Positions 1 to 12,317 of a stretch of 64,000 nt of DNA are shown piece by piece. The notes under the pieces were generated by a model that had not been told where the DNA came from, searched no databases, and worked only from the letters and a program-made list of their open reading frames with translations. The position numbers and the translations under genes were made by a program. The stretch is from Tricharina praecox. Lineage: Eukaryota. The DNA is taken from assembly GCF_024521635.1 (NCBI RefSeq), contig NW_026250404.1, positions 1,674,001 through 1,738,000 on the forward strand, in the 5' to 3' direction. How positions within the stretch are numbered: position 1 is the first letter of the stretch; each line of letters opens with the position of its first letter.

Positions 1-1811
1 GATGGGACGTATGGGAGGCATGGGAGGCATGGGTGGCGCGATGGGGGGGCAGGGGAGAAGGTAAAGGGTGGCTGCCGGGACATACAATAGAGACGGGGGG
101 GTTGGATAGCCTGCCGGCGGAGAATCAATGTTTCGGATTGCGTCGCCGCCGCCGCCGGAGACTCGGAGACTCGGAGTGCAGTGTGTGTCAGGTGTCACGT
201 GGAACGAGTGATCCGCCGTCTGTCCGCCCGACTGTCTGCCGTTCCATAGAGTCCGGACTCTGCCAGCGAATTAAATCTCAATCCATCTCGCCAGCCCTGA
301 ATACGGAATGCACTGTGCAGTTCGCTCCCCACGTGGAGTCCGAGTCCAACGACTGAGCACGCAACACGGATCCTCGAGATGCATATGTAAGTAGAGAACG
401 AGGTTGCAAACGCACTCACTTCACTTCCATGCCCGTGCCCGTGTCCGTGTCCGTGCCCGTGTACATGCCCGTGTCCTCGTGTCCAGCCGCAGCCGCAGCT
501 GCTGGGGCACTGAGGCAGGCGGGCCTCCGTACGTAAATTGTAAAATTGTAAATTGTATGTAATAGCGCGGGACATTTCGTCAAGTGCGACATGTCTCCCA
601 TGTCTCCCATGTCCCCCTCCCATGCAGGATCGTGTTGAACTGGCGTGATCGTGAAGATCAGAACTCAGGAGTGGATATAGGTGGGTTGTATGTATACATA
701 CAATTACAGTTCCTGCGCTGCTGCGCATGCGAGCGTGGGGGCCCGTGGTGGTTGATCCACTCCCTCCAGCTCAGCATTCCAGGTACATGCTCGCTCGCTC
801 GCTCGCTTTTTTTTGCGTGCTCACTGCTGAGGTGATGTGACAGTCCTTTCGTTGTGCAGTTTGAATGTGCAGTTTAAATGTGCCCGCGCATCCTCGTACC
901 GGTACTATCTACTATGTGCATTGTGAGTACTTCCGAAACTCGGGGAGTCGGGGGCTGCCGTGCTAGAGTACTCGAGAATGTCTCAGTCTCGCTGCGGACG
1001 GGGATCTAGGAATAGCAAAGCAAGCAAGCCCCCGAGCAATCATAAGATGTGTAAGTAACTGCCGGGGGTTGTAACTTGTCCGATGAGCGCTGTGGCTATG
1101 CGCTGTGGCGTAACTGGCGTAACTGGCGTGCCGCTTGGGGGGAGAGGTGTGGACACTGGACTTGTGGAGTTGTGGGCTTGTGGTTTCGTCGTCATTCGAC
1201 CAGGATGTGCGTGTCTGGCGTGCGAGCGAGCCTGTGAGGATCGCCCGCCCTCCGCCGCCCTTCGCTCTCCCGTTGCCAGTGCCGGGAATCAGCCCGAGAC
1301 ACACAGACAGCCAGACAGACCTCGAACGTAAAGCCATAGCCACAGTCCTGTTCGCCCTGGTCCGATGATCCCTCCAACCATCCCTCCATCCCCTCCACCC
1401 TCCCTTTTTCTTTCTCCGCTTGTCGTCGTCAGCTGTGTGTGCGGGTAGGGTGTCGAGTGTTAACTAGCCTTTGGCTTTGTCCACTGTCCTGTCCTGTCCT
1501 GTCCGATCTCTCCTGCCCGCTGCCTCGCCATCTGATGTAGAACGATACGATACCTTCCCTGACCCAACCCAGCCCAGTCCAATCTATTCGGGCCCTGCAG
1601 ATACGTACATACACACAGAATTGTCTGTGTCTAACAGTTGACTTGCTTACCTACATACCTTCCTACCGGCCTCCTCCTCTACTGCTCTCGCGTTCTCTCT
1701 TACGTTCTCTCTTTCTTTCTTTCTTACTCTCTATTCCAGCCCCCGACATCTCACCAGCGTACGATAATCAACTGAGGCCCTTTATTCGTCCATACGCCAC
1801 AAAACACAAAG

Positions 1812-3916
1812 ATGGTGGTATGCAATTCGACACTGTCGGAAACCCACTGCAAGTACCCTCCCCCACATCGCCGCCGCCAAACAAACCGTCCCGATCTTCA
1901 TACTGACAGTCGCCGCAGGGGACGTAGAACCGGTTGCTGGCCCTCTTACATTCCACAAACTGGGCTGGATAATATGCATCGTATGTGGTGGTTTCTTCCT
2001 CCTCCTCCTGCCCCTCCTCCTCGGCTTGGTATGATAGTTATAGTTATACCTCCGGCTAACTAACCGTTCGTACGTTAGGCCTGCACGTTAATCTCGACCG
2101 CCTTCTCTCTCTACCTCATCTACAAGCACGCCTCGAATTACACGAACCGCAATGAGCAGCGCCAGATCATCCGCATCCTCTTCATGGTGCCCATCTACTC
2201 GGTCACGACGATGTTCAGCTACGTCTGGTACTGGCATGCGGTCTACTGGCAGGTTGCGCGTATGTTATTCCAGGATAGCTGTTGAGGGGGGCTGTGGTGG
2301 CTGATACAGAGGGATTTAGGCGATTGCTACGAGGCGTTTGCGATCGCTTCGTTCTTCACTTTGATGTGCTTCTTTATTGCGCCCGATCTGCGACGCCAGA
2401 AGGAGTATTTTGCCACCATGGTGGTCAATCCGTGGCCATGGCCGGCTAGCTGGATCAACAAGTGTGCGAGCGGGAAGATGAGACAGCCAAGGAGCGGATT
2501 GACCTGGTTCAATGTTTGTGCTCTCCCCCAGAGGTCGAAGCAAGCTAGGATGCTAATCGTCACGCAAAGATTGTCTGGATCTGTATCTTTCAATATTGCT
2601 TCATCCGTGTAGCGACTACCATAATCGCGACAGCAACTCAGGCAACGGGACACTACTGCGAGGACTCGGCGCATCCGGCCTTCGCCCACTTCTGGATGGT
2701 GTTCTTCAATTGTATCGCAGTAACCATCGCGATGTACATGCTGATCGCGTTCTACATGAACCTCAAGACTGCCTTGGCGCCGAACAGGCCGTTGCTAAAA
2801 TTGTTGTGTATCAAGCTCGTCATCTTCTTCTGTTTCTGGCAGATGGTGGTGTTCGATCTCCTCACCTCGGCCAACATCGTCAAACCGTCGAAAAAGATCT
2901 CGCCCGGCGATATCTCGATCGGATTTAACGCCCTGTTGGTGTGCTTCGAGATGATTATTTTCTCGATTCTGCACCTCTTCGCCTTCCCTTACGCCCCATA
3001 CCAGGTCGCTTCTCCCGAAGCAGCACCTGGCGCATTCCCCGTCGATACACCTGGGACCTCTGCATGGAAGGCGATCGTCGACGCCTTCAACCCCTTCGAT
3101 ATCATCAAGGCATTCCTTCGCGGTATGAAATGGTGCCTAGTCGGTGTCCGGAAGCGCCACGAACACGCCGAAAAAGTGGCGGCAAGAAAAGAGTCCAACC
3201 ATGACAGTCTCACTTCACATGCTGCGCCGCCCGCTAGCTACCCCAGCAGCCGCCCAACAGACCATCCCACTGGTCTGGGCGTTTACGCGCAGTACTCGAG
3301 TGACAATGGAGGGTTGATGGTGGAGCACCCCACGCCGAACGATCAGGAATATGTCCAAGATCAGGATATTCCCACGCATGGAATTGTTATCGGTGCGACC
3401 GAGAGAACTTCGTACGTTTCCGCACCTGCTCCCGTTCCGGTGCCAGAGCCGGATATCAGACAACACCCCGCCTTTTCACCCGCTGTCAGCCCGGTCTCCA
3501 GGACAAACGTGTCACCTATCTACCCCACTGCGCCTCAATACCCTCACACCGTCTCGCCACTGTACCCCATTGCCAGCCAACCCGCCGACCCCGGCCTTGC
3601 CGCGCGGCGTCCGGGCGCACCAAACCACATGCTCCCGTACCCGGAGAACGACGCGATACGAATGCCGAGTATCAACCAGCACACGCCGAGTCCGAACGAG
3701 TCGCAGGAACTGCTCGAGCAACATCCCGCGTTCAGACACTCGTGGAGACATCCGTCCCTGCGGGGGGGGGAGGTGGGCTCACCGACTGCGCCGGAGGTGG
3801 GGTATTCGTACGAGTACTCGGACAGCATGAGGAATGAGGAGGGCGTGTACCAGGGCCCTAATCCGAGGAGAACCAGGGAGGGCCATGTCGATGAGACTGG
3901 GGGGTTGTATCTGTGA
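1812..3916 (+). CDS. Organic solute transporter OST-alpha / TMEM184 family membrane protein (5 exons)
   Basis: Exons 1812-1848, 1919-1980, 2079-2259, 2320-2513 and 2570-3916 splice in frame. The product has family motifs HASNYT..NEQRQIIRILFMVPIYS, RDCYEAFAIASFFTL, FQYCFIRV, KLLCIKLVIFFCFWQ and LVCFEM..FSILHLFAFPY, plus a long Pro-rich C-tail. Confidence 0.9.
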
Positions 3917-4747
3917 TTCTGTGAAAAGACTGCATGAGGCGTGGGGACGGGGAAGGGGAGGGGGTATATAGATTTTTCTTTGGGGCCGAATTGATTTGGG
4001 AGCATTGGGAGTTGCTTTGCTTTGGATTTGCGTTTTTTTTTGTTGGGAGTACTGCATCTGCTTTTGGGTTCGATTTGGATTTTGGGGTTTGCGATTGTCT
4101 TGTCTTGTCTTGTACTTTTTGATTGCTTGCTTGATTGCTTGCTCGCTGGTGGATTGAGGGATACCACCTACCTGCCAGATGTCATTAGGGTTCGCTGCAC
4201 GTTTGGGTTGGCAAAGGGCAGAGGAGACTTGTCCGTAGTTGCTCGGTAAAAGTAATTGAATGAATGAATGAACGAATGGAATCATATCTTGGGAGCGTGT
4301 CATAGATCACAGATGTCATGAATGACGCCGGACGGACGGGGAAGCACGTCACCAGGGACCAAGGGTCTTATGACGGTATATATGGCCTCCAAGGTGCCCA
4401 ACCTAACCCGATCATGATACATAACGGCAACGTCAACTTTAGCTACTGAGTAGAGTACCAAGGGTCCAAGATCGACCAAGACGGACGGACCAGGGACATC
4501 GTATGATACACGAGATGATTGTTCTAGAACCTACAACCCGCACTCGGCGACGACGTGGACTGTGGTCTGTGGACACGGGTTGTGCCCAGAACGGTATGTA
4601 CCGTAGACGGTAGGCCGAGCTCGGTCAACACTACTACATTCCCTACATAGCCGTTCGTGCGGGCCGGTAGTCTTGGGCGGGCGGGCTTGGGCGGGCTTGG
4701 GCGGACGGGCTTGGGTCGGCTTGGGGCGGCTTGGGAGATTCTAGCTC

Positions 4748-5051
4748 GACGGCAGTCCCAATTGTGTAGTGCGCAAGTGAACGCATCGGGGTGGACGGCA
4801 GTGCTCTCGGTATGCTTCCGGGCTTGGGGTATTCTACATAACTTGACGGCAGTCTCCGAGTCTGCATTGTGTAGTACGCCTAGGGAAGCGCAAGTGAACG
4901 CATTTGGGACGGACGGAAGTGCTCTCGGCATGCTTCCGGGCTTGGGGTGTTCTACATAACTCAACGGCAGTCTCCGAGTGTGTAGTGCGCCTAGGAAGTT
5001 AACGGATCGGGGTGGACGGCAGTGCTTGTTGGTATACTTCCGGACTCGGGG
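4748..5051. repeat. Three imperfect tandem copies of a ~100-120 bp unit, preceded by GGGCTTGGGC repeats (~4670-4735)
   Basis: Units start at about 4748, 4845 and 4963. They share ACGGCAGTC..TGTGTAGT..GGACGG(C/A)AGTGCT..CTTCCGG; TTCTACATAACT closes the first two copies. Confidence 0.8.
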
Positions 5052-6946
5052 CAGGCTGGGCGGTCGGTGTGGATCGGCCTTGGGCTTGGGGGTTTGACGG
5101 CAGGCTGGGCGGTCTTGCGGCTGCGACTGTGGTGTCATCACCGGGAGGAGAGGAGGGTTGGCGCTGCGGGATGTGTCATACACCAGAGACTCCCATATTG
5201 TACTTTAGCTAGCCCGGGGGGGGATGGGTCCTTGCAACATGGTACTATCATACCACGAGAGCGGGAGTGTTTGTTTGCTTGTTGACGGCTTGGAATTGAA
5301 GACTTGGAATTGGAATTGGTATTGGAATTGGTCTGCAATCGCCACGGAACTTGGAAGGCATCTGTCTCGCACTCGCACTCGAGAGTCGAGATCGGAGTTC
5401 GGAGTTCGGAGTTCGGAGCATGGGACAGCTCTCGGATATCACTCACGTCTCTGGTATAACCGCTCATTTCGGTATCCGGCACTTCCACTTCCACTACATA
5501 TCCGTGGGCGGCAGTAAATTGATGTTCTCTCTCTCTCTTTCTCTCCGCTTCGACTACCCGTATAGCGACAATAGACTGATGTTCTATCTCCCCGCTTCCG
5601 CTATCTGTCTATCACGTCACTACAACTCCGAATGAGCTGAGGCCTGGGCTTATATTTCCGGCTCGGCGGCGGTTCGGTGGTTCCGTGAGCAACGAGAAGA
5701 TTCTCCTACATATGCGCCGAGGGCTTGGGAAATGACACATTTGCCGATTCATTTCCTCGCCGACGCCCAGATTTTCGAATCGGGCTCGGAGCTGCGATTC
5801 TGCCTCGCAAGTCGGGCCCGGAGCTGTGATTCTGCCTCGCAAGTCGGTCGGAGCGAAGCACGTGCGGGGTTTCCGAAAGCGGGGGGAGGGGGAGGGAGAG
5901 GGGGGGAGGGGGGGGGGGGGGGGGGGGCAGGATCGCCAGGGATTCAGGGTCCTGCGTCGGTACTAGTCAGTTAGTACTGGCTCAGGCTACAAGCGGACCG
6001 AACGGCTGACCGGCGGGCTTGGAATCTACTCACATGCCAAGCGGGGGGGAGCAGCAGCGCCCGGGCTGTGCGCACTGTGAAGTGCATGCGCCGTGCGGAC
6101 GACGCGACGACAGCCAGCTGTCAGTGACTCTCTGTGGCCATGCCCGACAGCCAAGAGCTGGACGGGCATGATACGCGCGTTGCCGCCGCGCCGTTCGGGC
6201 TCGGCAGGTTATTTCGGACGTTCGGTGGCAGCCTGGCAGGGGCAATGCAGAAAAGGCTGCGCGCCGGAGCGATGGGTAACGATAGTGCATACCGTATCTA
6301 CGCCATCGAGGAAGAGCAGCTGTCGTTTGCCGGGAAAAGTCTGAATGGGCTGTGGTGGTCCTGTGGAGAGCGATTACGGTACCACCTGGGAGACTAGGCT
6401 CCGATTAGTCGGTGTCACATGTCCTGGCGCTGTGTCTCAACCGCCGTCAGCAGCCTGCAGTTCTCCATGTCACCTAACTACAGCTGAGCGGGACCACAGT
6501 CAGATGGAGATGGACGAGCAGAGTACTTAACGACTGTGTGCCGCGGTGCGCAGGAGGTGGATCATCGGCTCGCGTTGTTGGAGAGACACTCTAGCTATCT
6601 ACCGGTACCGTATTCCGCTCCGTTCCATCGCATGCCTCTGGTGAGTCCGAAGTCGCTTCTTCTCGAGCCCTCATCTTCTCGCTTAATTAGCTCTTTCCTA
6701 CGTCATCAGCCGCTTCGTCCAGCCCCGGCCTCAGCCACGGGAAAGCTTGTCTCCTCCCAAAACCTCACTAGACTAGCATACCCCGCCGTCTCAGCGCTGC
6801 CGGATAGGGCGCATCCATTTCCCGCGATCGAGGCCGGCAGACTTCTTTGTTACTTCGGTTGAAAGAACTCTAAAAACCCCGTGGATCCCCCCTACTGGCC
6901 ACCTCAACATACCCGAGTCCAGTCCAGTTCATAGACACTCCCCACA

Positions 6947-8658
6947 ATGTCCCGGTCCAAATCTCTAACCCACGGCTCTCCGATGGCCGGCTTCCCACCG
7001 GGGCCCCGGTACAAGCTCAATATAACCTTCCACAACGCCTCGCACCTGCCGATCGCGGACGTTCCCAGCTTCACGTCGGACCCGTACATAATCGCGACGC
7101 TGCGGTTCCCGGGCACCATGATCCCCAAGATGCACTACCGCACGCAGACCCAGCGGTCGACGCTCAGTCCGTCGTGGGAGGAGACGTGGGTTGTGCGCAA
7201 TGTGCCCGTGACGGGCGCCATGCTGAAGGTCAAGATTATGGATGAGGACCCCGGGAACCATGACGATAAGCTGGGCGTCACCAGAATGTGGACGGGCAAT
7301 CTGGATGCGGCGGATCTTTTGCCTGACGAGAGAGGCGGGAAGGAGCTGGAGAAACGTCAGACCCTGAGCACGGGACATGGCACGTGGGTGGGCCTGCTCA
7401 GGGTCGCCACGGTTATGGCGGGGTGTGGCAAGTGGGGGGGTAAAGGGCAGGTGGATGTCGGTATCAAGGTCGAGAGGATCCCGAAGGAGGATGCCGACAA
7501 GGAGCTGCTGGATAGGGCGTATACTATCTCTCCGAGTATTTTCTCCCGGCTTGAGGGTGTATCTCGGGATGTGCTGACGAGGTGCCGGGAAAGACTGGTG
7601 GAGCCAGCACTTCTCGCCGTTGATCGGTATAATCACGCACACGACGGTGGATCTCTCGGCTCCGAACACCAACAGCAATTCCGTGTCGCCCAGGCGGCCA
7701 CGGATCCAGCATTTCTCGTTCGCGGCAACCAAAATCCAGCTCCCGGGACCGCTCCCACCCTCGCTCGTCCACCAATACGTAGTCTTCCGGCCCATCATCA
7801 AGACCTTCTACACCAAGAAGGGGCTGCTGGGAATCGCGCTCAACCGTGCATTGAAACACCAATATAGAACCATCTACAGCTACAACAAGAACACCACATA
7901 TGGTGTCTGCAATACCGAAGCCTCCAGGGAGGAGCTGGCGCGGAAGTTCCTCGAGTTTACGCACTGGGGCGAGGGCGGGCGGCTGTACACCTACGTGATA
8001 ACGCTCGACAGCGAGTGGCGGTTCACGGAGACAGGCAAAGAGTTCGGCATCCAGATGTTGAGCAAGGTAAGCCCCCTGCCTTCCTTTCCTCTTCGTCACT
8101 GACAGGAGCACAAAGCACACGATGCACAGCAGCGTCAGCATCCACGTCGGCTTCGCGGGCGAATTCTTCGTGCGGCCGCTCGCGATGAAGCAGCACCCGG
8201 CGCCACCGACCAAATTTGCCGCCGACCACTCGCCGACCCGCCTCCCCCCCTCAAAGAACATCGCCGACTACGAGCTAGTAATCGACAACGACAGCGGTAC
8301 GTACCGGCCACCGCGCGAGCACCTGCCTGATCTCCAGCGCTTCCTAGATACCGCCCTTCCGGGGCTCAGAGTCCGTGTCGCGGACGCTTTCGATGAGGAC
8401 CATATGGCCATGAAGAAAGCGCACACGGAGGAGAAGGAGCGACGGTCGATGACCACCAGGTTTAAGCAGCTGTCCTCGCCAATGGGCAGTGATGATGAGG
8501 GGAATGGATCGTGGAGCTCGAGTGATGAGGAGGAGCTGCAGACTGGACGTGTAAGCATCGGTAGGCGGTATAAGAGGAAGCTGTGGAATAAAGTCGAGAA
8601 TGCGGGCGACTCGGAGGTCAAGGGCGGGAAGGGGAAGGAACGGGCACGGTCGGCGTGA
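6947..8658 (+). CDS. Fungal C2-domain-containing protein (3 exons)
   Basis: N-terminal C2 domain (LPIADV..FTSDPYI, TLSPSWEETW, VKIMDEDPGNHDDKLG). Introns 7536-7593 and 8067-8115 join three ORFs, giving WRFTETGKEFGIQMLSK/HTMHS...FAGEFF...IDNDSGTYRP. Confidence 0.85.
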
Positions 8659-9177
8659 GGTGGGGTGGAATATGGGAAGTGCGCTTAGGATTGTGGTTGT
8701 GATTGTGATGGTGATTACGGAATTGATGATACCTATACCTATACCCTGATGACTGTATTTACGCGGGTTATTCTGTAGATAGTTTAATGGTAGCTGGTTT
8801 TGTTTGCGGAGGTTGAGGGCTGCTCTGGAGGAGGTCTTACGAGCGTCCACTCCTGCGTAGCTTCATCCATACTTTGTACACACTCGCTTTGTTCATTGCG
8901 TTCGACTGTTAGTTACCGATTATGACAGTTGTATGACATCCTACATAACCCGTCCCCTCCAGAGTATGTGGAGTAGAGTAGAGTAGAGTAGAGTAGATCC
9001 TACTCCGCTGCTCCGCTGCGGACCTGTGGTGGGTGACGGAACTATGAGTATACCGGAGTTCCCTACATACCTCCCACTGCCCTGCCCGTCTCCTGGCCTC
9101 TCCTGGCCGTCTCCTAGGCCGGGTAGTGGCCACAGGTAAAAGCTTTGTCCAGTAACTGACACAAACCCACCGTAAAC

Positions 9178-9657
9178 TGTTGAAACCGAGAGAAGAACTT
9201 GCCTTGCTTGACTTGACCGATGTAATGATCCGACATCATCCAAGAAAGATGAGAAATATGCGAAAGCTTCGAAAGCCGACTGCTTGTAATAAGGGAAACG
9301 AGCTCGTGTAAACAACCAGATGAAATCTCAGACAGCGGGTGCGATGGTAGCTATCGCCGTCGCCGTCGCCCTCACTGGACTGGGCTAGAGGCTTGAGGGC
9401 TTGATGGCTTGAAGGCTTGAAGGCTGGAGGCTTGAAGGCTTGAAGCGAAGAGGGCTTGAGGGCTTGGAGGCTATAAGGCTTGGAGGCTTGAAGGCTTGAA
9501 GGCTTACCTAGCTAAAGAGGCGGATTGTGGTGAGAAGTCGTGGACTGAGGGACAATGATAAGTAGGCATAAAGGAAATGGGCTCAGTGTGCAAAGGATAG
9601 CGGAAAGAAGTAGTGACACTGGAACGGGCAGTAAGACACATACATACAATGTCAACA
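9178..9657 (-). mobile_element. Solo LTR copy 1 (TGTTGA...TCAACA family)
   Basis: Bounded by TGTTGA (9178) and TCAACA (9652-9657), with flanks TAAAC and TGAAC. Its reverse complement aligns along its length with 9663-10049 and 37012-37346. Contains an expanded AGGCTTG(A) minisatellite. Confidence 0.8.
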
Positions 9658-9662
9658 TGAAC

Positions 9663-10049
9663 TGTTGATATTATACATCTCATTACCCGTTCCGGTATCA
9701 CTGCTACTTTTCACAGTCTGTTTGCATATTCACTGCCCTCATTTCCTCCGTGGCTGCTTACTACAGTATCATTGTCCATTGTCCATAGCTTCTCATCAGA
9801 ATCAGCCTCGTCAGCCTTCAAGCCTTCAAGCCTTCAAGCCTTCAAGCCTTCAAGCCTTCAAGCCCCCAGCCCAGTCCGGCGACGACTCTCGAGTCTCGTC
9901 GCATCCTCCGTCTGAGGCCCGGCCTTCTCGTCGTCCATACGAGCTCGTTTCTCTTATAAGCAGTCTTCTTTCTCTTCTTTCTCATCCCTCTCGTATCAAT
10001 ACATCAATACATCAATCAATCAAGTCAAGTTCTTCTCTCAATTCCAGCA
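9663..10049 (+). mobile_element. Solo LTR copy 2 (same family)
   Basis: Starts TGTTGATATTAT like the 37012 copy and ends with a degenerate CCAGCA; flanks are TGAAC and GGAAC. Shared blocks: CACTGCTACTTT, AAGCCTTCAAGCCCCCAGCCC, ACGAGCTCGTTTC, TCAAGTCAAGTTCTTCTC. Confidence 0.8.
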
Positions 10050-10104
10050 GGAACAATCAGCCGCACAGCGAGTGACTTATCATGCACTGATGAAAAAGAA
10101 ATTA

Positions 10105-10782
10105 CGGCTTTTTACCCTCGTGTACCCCTCCAGCGCTGAAATTGCGCCCATGTACCCCCCTTACCTCGATGTACCCCATACAAAATTTCATAATTAAAGT
10201 ACGGCAATTCTTCGCCACAACAAAACAAAATTTATTTCTCAATCACTGAATATTCCTTTTGTCTACAAGCCACCATTGACCAAGATATCGCGGGGTAGAC
10301 CGGCAAAAAGCGAGTACAGAAGGGCGACATGCGGAGGAAGAGGTACACTCCTAGCAATGGTAGACTTAGTCTGCCGGACGTGCCTAATAAACCTTCGCCA
10401 CGCTGCAGCATCTGCACGGGTGTTGGTCACTATGCGCCTAAATCTAGGCAGCCACACAGGTAAGCAATTACTGAACAAACCGAAAAAAAGGCAGCTACAT
10501 AGGTGGTTCTGGTGGGCAGAACTACAATCTGGCTTTTGGTGGTGGAGAAATAAATCTGTTTTGTTGTGTGAGAAATAAAATTTGTTTTGTTGTGGTGAAG
10601 AATTGCCGTACTTTAATTGAACTAAAATCTGGTTTTTGGTGGTGGTGGAGGAATAAATCTGTTTTGTTGTAGTAAACAATTACCGTACTTTAATTATAAA
10701 ATTTTGTGTGGGGTACATCGAGGTAAGGGGGGTATATGGGCGCAATTTCAGCGCCGGAGGGGTACACGAGGGTAAAAAGCCG
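10105..10782 (+). mobile_element. Internally deleted Mutator-like (MULE) DNA transposon
   Basis: ~105 bp terminal inverted repeats (CGGCTTTTTACCCTCGTGTACCCCTCC... / ...GGAGGGGTACACGAGGGTAAAAAGCCG). Perfect 9-bp TSD AAGAAATTA at 10096-10104 and 10783-10791. Internal transposase C-terminal remnant at 10267-10463. Confidence 0.9.
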
Positions 10783-11334
10783 AAGAAATTATCAGCTCTA
10801 GATACATACCCGCGTTGTACATACTCGAGTATTTCGGAGAGGACTACCAGTCCTGAGTAAGACGACAACAACTGATCGCCACGGCGAGGCCGAGCGGTCG
10901 AGCGGTCGAGCAGTCGAGCCCGTACCCACGTCGTCGCCCATCGCCCGTCGCCGCGTTATAGTACCGTACCGGTACCGGCATATCGGCACCGCTGCCCACC
11001 CGCTCCCCCGCTCTGTACGCGTCCGGACTCCGCACACCCCCCACCCGCAACAACGACAGCAACAGCGCACGCGCCCACCGGTTTCCCGCGCATCGCTATG
11101 AAGCCACGGCACACGTGCGCGGCGGCGACGGGGCGGCACGGCCGATCCCTCGCGGGGACCGAATCCCCCTCCCCGACGCTGCGACCCCACCGCGACCCAC
11201 CCGTCCACGCTTTCACTTTCGCTTCCGCTGGGACTCCCCGGCCTCCCCAGACTCGGTCGCTCAACCCTGCTGCTGCTGCTGCTGCGGGCCTGCGGCGGCG
11301 GCGGCGTAACTACGGTAGAGGGCACATAGTTTAG

Positions 11335-11440
11335 TGCCCTCGGGATACCCAGAGTAGTACCAGTAGAGTACGGTGCCCCCGGGATAATAGTACGGTGCCC
11401 TCGGGATAATAGTACGGTGCGGTGGTGCCCTCGGGATACC
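11335..11440. repeat. Four copies of GTGCCC(T/C)CGGGATA
   Basis: Copies at about 11335, 11373, 11395 and 11425 with TAGTAC-containing spacers. Confidence 0.75.
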
Positions 11441-12317
11441 TAGATATCGCCTGTGTCCACTGTCCACTGTCTGTTCGATACCTACAACCTACTAGTAACC
11501 ACAGTAGTACCAGGTAGTACCGGTATGTAGAGTATGCGACCATGCATTCCTACTCTAATTTACCTACATACTGGAGCCTGGACAGTGGAAGTCTGGAAAG
11601 TGACTGTGTACACCGTAACTACCGTACATACCAGAATCTCCCAGGCTCCCGGGGGTCGCTATCCTAACTATCGGCACTTGCACAATCTCAAACTCAAAAC
11701 TCAGGCCGCACTCAGGCCCACCACCGGCACCACCACCACCACCTCCTCCTCCTCCACCGGTGCGCAGAGTAAACGCGCCGCCTGAATGCGCCCAGTAAAT
11801 GCGCCTAGGAAATTAGAATTATATCATAGGGAGGGTTGCTTTTCGGAATCCGAAACACAGGGATCGTCGCATAAGAGTCTAGTAACTATCGACATCCCCA
11901 AGACATTGGACGCGCCAACTGGCAGTCTGGCAACCCTGTGAATCGACTGCGGTATGGATGGATACCTAAGAACTCGAATAACCAGCTAACCGTTCTTTTC
12001 ATTTTTGTTGCGCAATATGTAGAATAAAGTATGCACCGAGAACTCGAGAAAACACTGAACCGAAGTGGGTATCCGCAGACCGCCCCTCATTTTTGTCGGG
12101 AGTAGGTAGGTAGGTACATAACAAACACAGAAAGTACATGATCACCAGCCACAGCCACAGCACGTTGCGCGAGTACATAGAAGTATCATAGGTAGAGGTA
12201 TCAAGAATAAACATTGAAAACGCCGCAAGCAACGCCAGACAGACAGACAAACATCGCAAAACCTCCGAAACGACCAAAAAAAACGTAATATACACCCAAT
12301 CATTTCCCCGCTCGGTC

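Noticed and set aside
4524..5183. 219-aa ORF with internal repeats
   Set aside because: It is a translation of the tandem DNA repeat; no protein family features.
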